Assembly (NCBI GenBank): GCA_026129095.1 | Contig: JAHCIT010000009.1 | Span: forward strand, 1 to 64,000 | Source of the DNA: Deltaproteobacteria bacterium | Lineage (GTDB): Bacteria > JAGRBM01 > JAHCIT01 | Length of the DNA stretch: 64,000 bases | Direction: 5' to 3' | Part shown: piece after piece, positions 1 to 9,625 of the stretch | Numbering within the stretch: the first letter of the stretch is position 1 | How the letters are laid out: each line of letters starts with the position of its first letter | The notes under the pieces: model-generated | The model's database searches: none | Seen by the model: only the letters and a program-made list of their open reading frames with translations | Told to the model about the DNA's origin: nothing | Program-made: the position numbers and the translations under genes

Positions 1-76
1 GCTCGACGGCGCAACCCTGCGCGGTGACTATAGAAAACCGTTCTCGTTCTGGGCGGAAAACGGCGATCGTCTCTTT

Positions 77-166
77 TGGCGGAGGGTGTGAGATTCGAAC
101 TCACGAGGGCCTTGCGACCCTGGCGGTTTTCAAGACCGCTGCCTTAAACCACTCGGCCAACCCTCC
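77..166 (-). tRNA. tRNA-Ser (anticodon TGA), CCA encoded
   Basis: Reverse complement reads GGAGGGTTGGCCGAGTGGTTTAAGGCAGCGGTCTTGAAAACCGCC-long variable arm-GTGAGTTCGAATCTCACACCCTCCGCCA. It has an acceptor stem, D-loop GG, a CT-TGA-AA anticodon loop, GTTCGAAT T-loop and 3' CCA. Confidence 0.96.
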
Positions 167-230
167 AGAGTCCCAGAACTTCGTCCGGGACGGTCGCAGT
201 ATGCGCCAAGACGAATACCGACTCAAACTG

Positions 231-848
231 CTATTTTTTCCTGGCGCGCTCAACCCTGCCCTCTTCCACATCAGCCTCCCACGCTTCGTTCAGCAAACGC
301 TGTTCTTCGGCGCGTATCCCCTCCGCCTTACGCCCAGTCATCCGGGTCAGGCTGTGATCCAGCCTTTTACCGGGAAAATACCCGGAACGGATCATGTGGC
401 GCTCCCCCTGGGGATCAAAGAAGACAAAGTGGGGAACCTTGTCTTTCCACCTGGGATCAATCGAATTGAAGATCAGTTCCCGGTCGGTTTCGCTGGCCGG
501 CATAAAGGTTTCCCACTTGACACCCGCACGCTTGAATAACGCCTCTGCCTGCGCCTTCGTTGAATCCCCATCCATTACGATTGTCCAGAGTTCCACCGGT
601 TCCTTGGCCCAACGCGCTTTCCAGACTTCGCCAATTGAGCGGAAATCCTCCTCACAGGTGGTACACCAGGAGCCCCAGATAATGATGACCCGCCATTTGC
701 CAGTGCCCTTCTGGAACTTGGTCTGAAAAGCCTTGCTGTCCATTTTAGGAAACGCATTTGCGGCCAGCGGCATGACCATACCCATGAGAATGGCCGCCAT
801 AATCCCGAAGGCCATACGCCGGACGGTTGCAGAATGACGTGAGATCAT
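231..848 (-). CDS. Exported TlpA/ResA-like thioredoxin-fold protein
   Basis: WGSWCTTC motif, later VPHFVFFDPQG (cis-Pro strand), and a signal peptide ending PLAANA. Start trimmed to ATG 848. Confidence 0.75.
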   Translation of the reverse strand: MISRHSATVRRMAFGIMAAILMGMVMPLAANAFPKMDSKAFQTKFQKGTGKWRVIIIWGSWCTTCEEDFRSIGEVWKARWAKEPVELWTIVMDGDSTKAQAEALFKRAGVKWETFMPASETDRELIFNSIDPRWKDKVPHFVFFDPQGERHMIRSGYFPGKRLDHSLTRMTGRKAEGIRAEEQRLLNEAWEADVEEGRVERARKK

Positions 849-1008
849 AGGCCTGAGCGTAGCCCTACACTGCCATTTCCGCAACGAACCCGACGCTTTG
901 GGCCATATGGCCAGCCAGTTTCTTCTTGACCACCGGAACCATCCACGGGTAAACGGCGTCGGACGGGGAACGGGGACAACGGCCTCCACAACAGACCGCA
1001 CAATGCCC

Positions 1009-1992
1009 ATGAGCGAAACCAACGACATCTTTGACGTGACCATCCTGGGTGCAGGACCGGTCGGGATGTACGGCGCCTATTATGCCGGTTTCCGGCGGCT
1101 CAAGATGAAGCTGATCGATTCGCTCACGGAAGTGGGCGGCCAGATCACGGCACTGTATCCGGAAAAAGACATCTATGACGTGGCAGGCTTCCCTCGCATC
1201 CGTGGCAAGGATCTGGTCCGGGCCCTTGCCGACCAGATGAACCAGTACGAACCGACCCTGGCGCTGGGTGAGAAGGCGATGGGCCTTACCCGCCGTGAAG
1301 ACGGGCTCCTTGAGATCCGCACTGACAAGCAGGTCCATCTGACACGGGTGCTGCTGATCGCCGGCGGTATCGGCCTGTTCACTCCGAGAAGGTACGCTGA
1401 CGAGAGTATCAACAAGTATGAATGGAAAGGTCTCTACTACGTGATGACCGATCCGCATATCTACCAGGACAAGCGGGTACTCGTCTCGGGTGGCGGCGAT
1501 TCCGCCGTGGACTGGGCGCTCCATCTTCACCGGATTGCCCGTGACGTGGCCATTATTCACCGCCGGGACGAATTCCGGGCGCATGAGGATTCAGTCCACA
1601 AGATGCGTCAGGCGGTCAAGGTGCTCACCCCCTATGTGCTGAAAACTCTCGAAGGCGACAACAAGGTTGAGCGGGCCATTATCACCAACACCAAGACCAA
1701 ACAGGACGAAGTGTTCGAATGCGACATGGTGCTCGGGTGCCTGGGTTTCATTGCCAATGCAGGTCCTATCAGGGAATGGGGGCTTGAGCTGATCAACGAC
1801 GGTGTGAAGGTCAATATCCGGATGGAAACCTCAATTCCCGGCGTCTATGCCGCAGGTGATATTTCCCAGTACGAGGGCAAGCCCAAGATCATCAGTGTCG
1901 GCTTTGGGGAGGCGGCTGTCGCCATCAATAACGCTTCGGTTTACATCGATCCGCAAAAGCGCATTTTCCCCGGCCACTCTTCGGGGCATTGA
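1009..1992 (+). CDS. Ferredoxin-NADP(+) reductase, TrxB-like (YumC type)
   Basis: GAGPVG FAD motif, GGQITALYPEKDIYDVAGFP, GGGDSAVDWA, HRRDEFRAH and C-terminal PGHSS. It lacks the TrxB CxxC. Start is ATG 1003 or 1009. Confidence 0.88.
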   Translation: MSETNDIFDVTILGAGPVGMYGAYYAGFRRLKMKLIDSLTEVGGQITALYPEKDIYDVAGFPRIRGKDLVRALADQMNQYEPTLALGEKAMGLTRREDGLLEIRTDKQVHLTRVLLIAGGIGLFTPRRYADESINKYEWKGLYYVMTDPHIYQDKRVLVSGGGDSAVDWALHLHRIARDVAIIHRRDEFRAHEDSVHKMRQAVKVLTPYVLKTLEGDNKVERAIITNTKTKQDEVFECDMVLGCLGFIANAGPIREWGLELINDGVKVNIRMETSIPGVYAAGDISQYEGKPKIISVGFGEAAVAINNASVYIDPQKRIFPGHSSGH

Positions 1993-2064
1993 GATTTTTC
2001 CCGCGGCTGGGTGATGCCGGTACCTCTATCCATTTCAGGCAGTTCCCGCTAGACTCACTCCGCG

Positions 2065-3528
2065 ATGCCGACCTATGGCCTTTCACCGGTACATCCGGTC
2101 ACCCGTAACGAGATTCTGTCTTTCATCCGCTGGGAAACTGCACTTGCCCGCGATCGGGCTCTAAGACCTCATCGCCTCACTTCTTCACAGTTCAACCAGG
2201 TCCGCTATGTCATCAATTTCGCCCGGCTGACGCGCTTCCGGCCCGGCACCGCCGGCAAGGCCACGCGTCCGGAGGGGATATCCCGCTTCGAGATCGACCT
2301 GACACAGGAGCTGACGGTCTTTCGAACCCGGGTTCATCGTGTTCTGGGCGAGGCATTCTCCGGTGGGCGCATCCGCTACACCCAGCTCCTCAACGCCACC
2401 TGGCGGCTATGGGACGACATGCTGGCGCTTCGCCGCCAGATTATCCTCCGTCATGCCGACGAAATGTCCGAAAATGAACTGGATGCCGAGGTCTGCCGCA
2501 AGACGTGGGTCAGCGTTGCGGGCGGCGGTGGTGGCGCAGGATATGTCTATATCGGTGCCTACAAGGTGATGCATGAGCACGGATATGTACCCGGATATAT
2601 CGTGGGGTCATCCATTGGCTCGATTATGGGCCTGTTCCGCGCCCGTGACCGGGAGCCGGATTTCGACGGCATGATGCAGCTCGCCTATGACATGCGCTGG
2701 GACAACTTGTTCAGGGCAATCAGCGTGAAACGCAGGTACGGGCTGCCTGGGCTGCTCCGGCTGTTTCTGCGCGCCGGGATCAGTTCCTACTTCAACCTGC
2801 CTGACGGGCGGCCCATGCGGCTGCCGGATCTCGGGATACCTTATGAGGCCGTCGTCGCAGGACTTCCCAAAGGCGCACTGGGAGAAACGATGGAGGAGTT
2901 CGAGCACCATCTGCACCCGTTCACCCGCCAGATACCCCCATGGCAGTTCCGTGCCCAGATCGCCCGGCAGCTCGTCAAGCTCGTCGCCTACATGAATCCG
3001 CTGCTATGCAAGGAGCTGCTGATCGGCGGCGATGAGCTCACGCGGGATTTCGATGCCGTGGATGCGGCCGGATTTTCGTCAGCCGTGCCAGGCATTCTCC
3101 ATTACGACGTTACCCGCGATGATCCCGTCATGCACGGAATCCTTGCCGAACTGATGCGTCGAGAAGGGCTGGCTGCACTTGTTGATGGAGGTGTGGCTAA
3201 CAACGTCGCATGCCGGACCGCATTCCACAGGGTCATGGATGGCAATATAGGCACCCGGAATGTATTCATTCTGGGATTCGACTGCTTCGCCCCCAAGTGG
3301 ACACAGGAACTGTACCTGCAGGGCATTCAGCGGGTGATCCAGCTCCAGGTTGCCCTGAACAGGCCTTACGCAGCCGATATAGTCGAATTTCCCCGAACAC
3401 TCTCTCCGCTCAATCTGGTCCCTTCGCGTGCCCAGGTCGACTGGGCGGTCGCGGAGGGATCCCGTATCATGCGAAAAGAGATGGACTGGATCCGCATTCT
3501 GATGGAGCCAGTCGAGTTCCGGGCCTGA
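2065..3528 (+). CDS. Patatin-like phospholipase
   Basis: Gly-rich GGGGGAG oxyanion loop, GSSIG nucleophile motif and DGG motif. Confidence 0.85.
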   Translation: MPTYGLSPVHPVTRNEILSFIRWETALARDRALRPHRLTSSQFNQVRYVINFARLTRFRPGTAGKATRPEGISRFEIDLTQELTVFRTRVHRVLGEAFSGGRIRYTQLLNATWRLWDDMLALRRQIILRHADEMSENELDAEVCRKTWVSVAGGGGGAGYVYIGAYKVMHEHGYVPGYIVGSSIGSIMGLFRARDREPDFDGMMQLAYDMRWDNLFRAISVKRRYGLPGLLRLFLRAGISSYFNLPDGRPMRLPDLGIPYEAVVAGLPKGALGETMEEFEHHLHPFTRQIPPWQFRAQIARQLVKLVAYMNPLLCKELLIGGDELTRDFDAVDAAGFSSAVPGILHYDVTRDDPVMHGILAELMRREGLAALVDGGVANNVACRTAFHRVMDGNIGTRNVFILGFDCFAPKWTQELYLQGIQRVIQLQVALNRPYAADIVEFPRTLSPLNLVPSRAQVDWAVAEGSRIMRKEMDWIRILMEPVEFRA

Positions 3529-3530
3529 AA

Positions 3531-4292
3531 TCAGTGCGTGTGGTGATGCAACGACGCCTTGATTGATTCCAGCATCGCAATTGCCATTTCCCCGGTGGTC
3601 ATTCCATCAAAATCCACGCCGTCCAGCCAGGTATCATAGGCCGCACCTGCCAAAACATGGGTACGGCCCGGTTCGTCCAACTGCAAGGGGCTGGAATTAC
3701 CACTTTCGTCTTTCAGTTCGATAGTACCGGTGAACGAACTGGCAGATGTGATCAGAAACGGTTCTTCATCATCATATTCACCTTCCAGGTAAATGCTCAG
3801 TCCGACCATATCCGGATCATCCGGGAGCCCTTCGGCGTCATCATCAGCCGGACCGATCTGGATGCGTATGGCGCAGTATTCTCCGACAGGTGGTGCCAGT
3901 TCCGCAACGGGATATTCCTCGCCAATAATCTCGCTCACGTCAGCCACCACCGGTATACCGCTCTTCAGCGGCGTCGACGGTACATGGACCGGTCCAATAG
4001 CTTCCGCATCCAGATTGCCACAGGGAACCAGTTCCACCGACGTCACTACAATGAATGCCCGGTCCAGCGTGATCAGATATCCTTCATCGTTCTCGAACGG
4101 ATCAACGTGGAGATGGCCTTCGTGCAGGGGCGACAGGCCGGCAGAGAGTGTCATCGTTGTTTCCGCAGCGGAATGCACCCAGAGACCCACTTGCACCTCA
4201 ATTCCCTCATGGGAATGGCTGCAGGCGGTCATTGCACATGACAGCAGGAGTGCCGTGAACAACTTACGGGGTCTTTGTGGTTGAAAAGTCAT
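3531..4292 (-). CDS. His-rich, acidic hypothetical lipoprotein
   Basis: Lipobox-like MTAC followed by SHSHE, then HEGHLH and C-terminal HHHTH. Overlaps the end of the upstream gene. Confidence 0.65.
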   Translation of the reverse strand: MTFQPQRPRKLFTALLLSCAMTACSHSHEGIEVQVGLWVHSAAETTMTLSAGLSPLHEGHLHVDPFENDEGYLITLDRAFIVVTSVELVPCGNLDAEAIGPVHVPSTPLKSGIPVVADVSEIIGEEYPVAELAPPVGEYCAIRIQIGPADDDAEGLPDDPDMVGLSIYLEGEYDDEEPFLITSASSFTGTIELKDESGNSSPLQLDEPGRTHVLAGAAYDTWLDGVDFDGMTTGEMAIAMLESIKASLHHHTH

Positions 4293-5181
4293 ATATCATA
4301 CCTCCCTGTATATAGACACCTTCCTGATGACTCCCATTCAGGCCGTTCGCGGCAGGAATACGGGCAATCACATGAACCAGAAAATCCTCAATGGGACTCC
4401 AGATCACACCGGGTGAAACAAAAAGTATTGCACCACCGGAGTTGGGCTGAATAACCCCGCCTTCCCGGTCCCTGCGGGACCAGCGGGTATCAAGCCCCGC
4501 CTGGACAGCAACCTGCCTGACAATCTGGTACTGGAGAGTTCCCGATGCGAGAAACGCCTTTCCAGCTTCGTACTGAAGACGCCCCTCAGATGGAAGATGT
4601 GCGTAGACAGTCAGATGCATCGACCACGGGTTCCGGTAGTAGCCATACCATCCGCCGATGTTCCCGGCCCATGCACCCGTACCGGGCTGGGCCTCGATCG
4701 CAAGCGGAGCACCTGTACCGTCTTGTTCCGTCCTGCTGGTGGGAAAGCGGAGCCCAGCCAGGATACCGAAAAGATGGCGCCGGTATCCCGCATCCGAACC
4801 GGGCCAGAAAAACAGTTTGGCGGTCAGTTCGATATCGCCAAGGCCAAACGCTCCCTGCTCTGCGAGGTTAGGCTCGGTCATCTCCTTGCGGACAAGCGGA
4901 ACCTGAATACCCGCCATCAAACTTTCTACCGGAGCCCATGCCGCTCCGAGTGTAAAGCGGTCCTCTGTAGACCTGATTCGGCCTGCCTGCATGGCACCCG
5001 TGCTTTCCGAGCGGCGCCGGTACTCAAGCGATGCCCGGAACCGGTTTTCGAAGGGTTTTTCCTGACCGAAAAGGGTCAGTGTCGGATCGCCGCACGCACA
5101 GGAAGCACAGGCAAGAACTGGAGATGGGGAAAGTCCGGTAACCGGCAGCACTGCCAACAGTAACAACATCAACCAGCGCAC
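4264..5181 (-). CDS. Outer-membrane beta-barrel (SphA/MetA-pathway 'transporter'-like) with N-terminal CxxCxC
   Basis: Signal peptide, then CASCACGDP. Contains FGLGDIEL, GLRFPT, QPGTGA, amphipathic strands and YDF near the C terminus. Confidence 0.65.
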   Translation of the reverse strand: MRWLMLLLLAVLPVTGLSPSPVLACASCACGDPTLTLFGQEKPFENRFRASLEYRRRSESTGAMQAGRIRSTEDRFTLGAAWAPVESLMAGIQVPLVRKEMTEPNLAEQGAFGLGDIELTAKLFFWPGSDAGYRRHLFGILAGLRFPTSRTEQDGTGAPLAIEAQPGTGAWAGNIGGWYGYYRNPWSMHLTVYAHLPSEGRLQYEAGKAFLASGTLQYQIVRQVAVQAGLDTRWSRRDREGGVIQPNSGGAILFVSPGVIWSPIEDFLVHVIARIPAANGLNGSHQEGVYIQGGMIYDFSTTKTP

Positions 5182-5266
5182 GCCTGCCGTTATCCTGCCC
5201 TTTCGCTTCTGGCATCAGCTACCAGTGCGCAGGTTGCCCTAACAGGCCGCGCCGGATGCGGCAACC

Positions 5267-6508
5267 TCAGGATATCTTTTCCGGCTCGCGAACAACGGCC
5301 GACAGTTCGAGCACGGAAATCTCCGGAGGGCAGTTGAACCGCCAGCGGGGCCCCGCATAGCCAACGCCACGGCTTACGAACAGCCATCCCTGCTCGTTCA
5401 GCCGCCGGTCCGGCGGGAACCAGCCGCGGTCATAAAACGGGCGAAGCAACCGGAACTCCGGCAAAAATGGGATATTCGGCGAGATCATCCCGCCATGCGT
5501 ATGGCCTGCCAGCGTCAGATCAAACGCCCGCTGCACCATCCCGCCCCGCACGACCCACGGACGGTGAGCGAGCAGGATCCGGTATCTGGTCCGGTCGCCC
5601 CACAACCATTGATCATCCTTCATCCCGCCGGCGCTGGCTGGGAGTTTGGGATTCTGGCTTACCGGATCATCTATACCGACAATCTCGATCCCGTGTTTCT
5701 GCAGGAACTGCTCGTCTGCCGAATTCCGCAGAAACCGCACGGCCGTCCGTTCCTCGACAGCCCTCTGGAGCCGGTCTGCACCCCAATAATGATCGTGATT
5801 GCCCGTTATGGCGATAGCCGGAATCTCGTACGGCAGTTCTGAAAGCGGGGCGATGAACGGCTCCAGCCATCGGTCGTTCACCCGGTCGATAAAGTCTCCC
5901 GTCAGCGCAATAAGGTCCGGCCGTTCCTTCACTGCCATCTGGAGCGTGTGTCTCCATGCAACGCTGTCGAACATGGGGCCGACGTGCGGATCGGTCACCT
6001 GCACGATACGAAAGCCGCTCGCGGCAGCCAGATGCAGCGGTACAGGAACCTTCCACCGTTCAATGATGATCTCGTCAGGCCGGACACGCGAGGACGCCAG
6101 AGTCCCAATCCCGGCCAGAACGAAACCGCCACCGGCGGCATTCTTCAGCAGATCTCTGCGGCCAATCGTTACGGCGTTTGCCCGATCGGGTAACGCAGCT
6201 TGCGACCGGCCAAACGACAGGCGCCATATCCATCGTCCCCCGAACAGCACCGTAACCAGCAGCGCCGTTATACCGAACAGATAGTGGCCGGTGACAACTC
6301 CGTTGTAGAAAGCCCGGTAGATGAAATCTTCTTCGCCAGGCAGCACCCACCTGCCGGGAACCTGGCGCTTGATTCCATGGGCCGCGAGGTTCATTCCCGC
6401 AAGCAGTGCCCACAGTGTCCACATGACTCCCTTGCGATGACCTGCAAGGCGCCGTATCCAGTAGACCTCCAGAGCTAGGAAAATGATGAGTCGGAAAAGT
6501 GCTGACAC
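5267..6508 (-). CDS. Membrane-anchored metallophosphoesterase (YkuE/YaeI-like)
   Basis: Calcineurin-like motifs DPH, GDFID, GNHD, LAHRP and GHTHGG; C-terminal R-x-N-CPPEI; N-terminal TM segments. Confidence 0.88.
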   Translation of the reverse strand: MSALFRLIIFLALEVYWIRRLAGHRKGVMWTLWALLAGMNLAAHGIKRQVPGRWVLPGEEDFIYRAFYNGVVTGHYLFGITALLVTVLFGGRWIWRLSFGRSQAALPDRANAVTIGRRDLLKNAAGGGFVLAGIGTLASSRVRPDEIIIERWKVPVPLHLAAASGFRIVQVTDPHVGPMFDSVAWRHTLQMAVKERPDLIALTGDFIDRVNDRWLEPFIAPLSELPYEIPAIAITGNHDHYWGADRLQRAVEERTAVRFLRNSADEQFLQKHGIEIVGIDDPVSQNPKLPASAGGMKDDQWLWGDRTRYRILLAHRPWVVRGGMVQRAFDLTLAGHTHGGMISPNIPFLPEFRLLRPFYDRGWFPPDRRLNEQGWLFVSRGVGYAGPRWRFNCPPEISVLELSAVVREPEKIS

Positions 6509-6540
6509 GCTGGCTAACAGCCTCCTGCCCCGTTTTTACA

Positions 6541-6570
6541 TTGACACGGCTGCCGCAACAGGGTTAGTGA
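6541..6570 (+). promoter_or_regulatory. Possible sigma70 promoter
   Basis: Perfect TTGACA at 6541-6546 in the divergent intergenic gap. The -10 (TTAGTG/TAGTGA) is weak. Confidence 0.3.
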
Positions 6571-6578
6571 CCTGCGTC

Positions 6579-8177
6579 ATGTCCGCAAGCCGCCTGTCCC
6601 TCATCCGGCGATCCTTAGTTTTACTGGTTTTCATCTGTTCTGTTGCAGTTCCAGCCTTCCAGGCTGCTGCCGAAAGTGCAGATGAAACGATTGCCGACAC
6701 GCCGCCAGCCTCTTCTCCATTATCGCCAGAATCGTCTGTTATCTCCGGAGAGGCTGCCGGCAGTTTCAGGCTCTGGGGAGAGGAACGTCGCCCCTCACAG
6801 AGCGAACTCCGCTCCGGGCACAGATTTGACCGTGGCTGGTTTCTGCTGGGTTCACTGGCGGGCGGCTTCTGGCGTGGACACTATCTCACCCCCGGCTCTG
6901 TCGGCGGATATCTGACGCCAGATGGTTTCCGGGGAGAACAGCCTCCTGAAGTGGACATCGTATACAGCGCCAATGTGGCAGGCGGACGTTTCATCACGCC
7001 CTACTGGTCTCTGGAAATCAATTTTGCCGCCGCGGTCGGTCTGAAACGTCAGAAAGGGCGCGTTGCATTCGGTATCTCGGATCCACCGGGCAGCGGCGAC
7101 CGTGTATCATCCATTTCCGCCTATCACCTCAGAAACCGGTTTTATCTCTACGACTTCGACGCCGAACGCCGGTTTTTTGCGATCTTCGGAGCGGGATGGA
7201 CCCAGTTCAACGACTCGTATTATCTGCCCCATACATCAACCACCGAGGCGAAATCGACGATATTTGCACCTTCAATTTCGTCCGGCGCCGGGCTGACCCT
7301 GTTACATACCGAAAATTCCCTCGTTTATGTTGAGGGGAACCACTATCACACCTTCAGCACCAAGAATCTCGATTCCAGCCAGGTCTACACATTTGGCATC
7401 GGCCTGTCTTTCCCGCTGGACTCCAAGGTATATACGGAAGCAGACATAAGCGAGGTGGCATTCTCCAGGCCGGGGCAGCCCGCTCAGGCCGCATGGCTGG
7501 ATGCCGGTCCGCTCTCTCCGGTTCTGCCGGGAATGCACCGGCAACGCATTCTCAGCACCGGAGACCTGCGCCTCATTGCCTATCAGAATGCGACAGGCCC
7601 CGGCATTCCCAGGGACGCACTGATGCCCCCTGTACGCAGCGGCCTGGATTTCACCGTTGATACAATTGTCATTAGCGGCGTCATCATGGGATTCAAGCGG
7701 GCGCTGAATGTCACGTCGGCCAGAGGCCTGCTGCGGGGAGGCTACGAACGGTGGCCGGATAATGTCAGTCAGGTTCCACCCTGGAATGATGGCAACCAGT
7801 TCTACACGAACTGGATTCTCCACCCCTATGCAGGGGCCGTTTACTATATGTATTACCGGGACCGCGGCTACTCACGGCTGGCCAGCAGCCTTGGGTCTTT
7901 CCTTGTTTCCGCAGTGCACGAGTATCTGATCGAATCGATCTATGAGCCTCCCTCTGGAATAGATATCATTCTGACGCCGGGACTCGGTGTGCCTCTCGGA
8001 ATCATCATGGATGATACCTCGGTCCAGTGGGCACGCTCCGATTCCGGTCTTAAGCGCACAGCCGCCTATTTTCTGAACCCAATGCTCGGAATGCCATTCG
8101 CCCGGTTCCGGCGTGGGCCATACTATGATCCGTCAGCAGACAATCCCTGGACGTTAAACTGGAACTGGAACTGGTAA
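6579..8177 (+). CDS. Exported protein: OMP-like beta-strand region plus C-terminal DUF3943-like domain
   Basis: Signal peptide; amphipathic strands ending FGIGLSF; C-terminal NWILHPYAGAVYY...HEYLIE...EPPSGID. Start ATG 6579 preferred. Confidence 0.6.
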   Translation: MSASRLSLIRRSLVLLVFICSVAVPAFQAAAESADETIADTPPASSPLSPESSVISGEAAGSFRLWGEERRPSQSELRSGHRFDRGWFLLGSLAGGFWRGHYLTPGSVGGYLTPDGFRGEQPPEVDIVYSANVAGGRFITPYWSLEINFAAAVGLKRQKGRVAFGISDPPGSGDRVSSISAYHLRNRFYLYDFDAERRFFAIFGAGWTQFNDSYYLPHTSTTEAKSTIFAPSISSGAGLTLLHTENSLVYVEGNHYHTFSTKNLDSSQVYTFGIGLSFPLDSKVYTEADISEVAFSRPGQPAQAAWLDAGPLSPVLPGMHRQRILSTGDLRLIAYQNATGPGIPRDALMPPVRSGLDFTVDTIVISGVIMGFKRALNVTSARGLLRGGYERWPDNVSQVPPWNDGNQFYTNWILHPYAGAVYYMYYRDRGYSRLASSLGSFLVSAVHEYLIESIYEPPSGIDIILTPGLGVPLGIIMDDTSVQWARSDSGLKRTAAYFLNPMLGMPFARFRRGPYYDPSADNPWTLNWNWNW

Positions 8178-8262
8178 GGGTTGGTCTCCCTCACCGAACC
8201 GTCTAGAGTTAAAGGCACAGGCTGAGGGCATATTGCGGCTTCCTGCTGCGTGGATGCCATTC

Positions 8263-8661
8263 ATGCCAAACCGTTCAATCTATTGGGGTCTACTTGCCGC
8301 GATGTTTCTCGCCGGTTGTGGCGATTTTATGGGCGGCACCGGTGGTCCTCCCGGCGACGGTGCTGACGAAAGCATCCATATCATTGCCGTAAAAAACAAT
8401 CAGCCTGTTCCAGTCACGGTGGGTTTCGACGCCAGCGCAGGTGTTACGGGCGGGCAGGTCACGAGCGGACAGCGCCGTGAATTCTGCTGCTTCGCCCCCG
8501 GAACCGCACTCCCAAAAGTAACCAGTTCCCTCGGCCCCTGGTATGAAGAGCCGGGTCCAGTGGTAAATTTCACTGATGCCGATACCAAGACAGCAGAATA
8601 TGCTGTTGGCTGGAACTCGATATCGCTGTCAGGATCAATTACCTGTTCGAACTGCCCCTGA
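8263..8661 (+). CDS. Small hypothetical lipoprotein
   Basis: LAGC lipobox, Gly-rich tether, then CC and C-terminal CSNCP. Confidence 0.55.
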   Translation: MPNRSIYWGLLAAMFLAGCGDFMGGTGGPPGDGADESIHIIAVKNNQPVPVTVGFDASAGVTGGQVTSGQRREFCCFAPGTALPKVTSSLGPWYEEPGPVVNFTDADTKTAEYAVGWNSISLSGSITCSNCP

Positions 8662-8671
8662 AACTCCGGGG

Positions 8672-9202
8672 TTAGTCGTCTGCCACACTAATAAACGGCA
8701 GGTTTCTGTACTGTTCATTGTCATCCATGCCGTAACCCACCACAAACGGGTTCCCTTCCAGCTCAAATCCCACGAAGTCTATCAGCTTGCGGAGTTCGCC
8801 GGAATCCGGAGCCGTCGCCTTGAACAGCAGGGCGACCGTCCAGAGAGATTCCGGGGATTTCCCCATGAGGTGGCTCCGGATGTATTTAAGCGACATCCCG
8901 CTATCAACAATATCCTCAACGATCAGCACCCGCCGTCCGGAAATATTCAGGCTGATATCGGTGAGCAACCGGATTTCACCCGATGATGTACGCGCAGCGC
9001 CGTAACTGGCCACTCTCAGGAAGTCGATCCGGCAGGGGCGCTCGATCTGCCGCACCAGATCGGACAGAAAGACAAATGACCCCTTCAGGATTCCAATGAC
9101 GTCCAGTTCCCCAGGAGGCAGCGTGCGGTTGATCTCACCGGCAACCGCAGTGACCCGATCGCGCAACTGCATGTCCGTATAAAGAGTACGTATCCCGTTC
9201 AC
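8672..9202 (-). CDS. hpt: Hypoxanthine phosphoribosyltransferase
   Basis: ILKGSFVF, PRPP motif VLIVEDIVDSG, FVVGYGMD and YRNLP. Confidence 0.95.
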   Translation of the reverse strand: MNGIRTLYTDMQLRDRVTAVAGEINRTLPPGELDVIGILKGSFVFLSDLVRQIERPCRIDFLRVASYGAARTSSGEIRLLTDISLNISGRRVLIVEDIVDSGMSLKYIRSHLMGKSPESLWTVALLFKATAPDSGELRKLIDFVGFELEGNPFVVGYGMDDNEQYRNLPFISVADD

Positions 9203-9211
9203 CGGCCTAAC

Positions 9212-9625
9212 CTATCCCAATCTGAATGCGCCGGGTAGAAGCTTCCTGAGTCTTGCCCGCTGAACCGGACCTGCTCCGCGGTCAAGCACGATCTCCAGAT
9301 CAGGAAAAAACTCGCTCAAGACCTGCAAACACGCCCCGCAAGGCCGGGGGTATCCTGCCCCTTTGGCTGACACCGCGAGCCGCTTTATCCTGGATGGTTC
9401 GATGCCGTCGGAGACCATTCGGGAAATAACACTTCTTTCGGCACAGATAGAAAGACCATAAGAGGCATTCTCGATATTGCAGCCGCTGATATACGCCGAC
9501 GTCTCTCCGGCGACACGCAGTTCCATCGCTGCGCCCACATTATAGCGGCTATATGGCGCATATGCCTTTCCCGCGGCATTACGCGCGTTTTCGATCAGCG
9601 GGTCGCGGTGAAAGCGTTTCGACAC
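9212..9625 (-). CDS. cdd: Cytidine deaminase (homotetrameric type)
   Basis: AYAPYS, NIENASYGLSICAE and PCGAC zinc motifs. Confidence 0.95.
   Translation of the reverse strand: MSKRFHRDPLIENARNAAGKAYAPYSRYNVGAAMELRVAGETSAYISGCNIENASYGLSICAERSVISRMVSDGIEPSRIKRLAVSAKGAGYPRPCGACLQVLSEFFPDLEIVLDRGAGPVQRARLRKLLPGAFRLG

Noticed and set aside
1-76. Possible integrated element at the tRNA-Ser 3' end
   Set aside because: Only 76 bp are visible, with no integrase or duplicated tRNA end in the window.
24-539. 171-aa plus-strand ORF
   Set aside because: It is antisense to tRNA-Ser and the TlpA-like gene; a shadow ORF.
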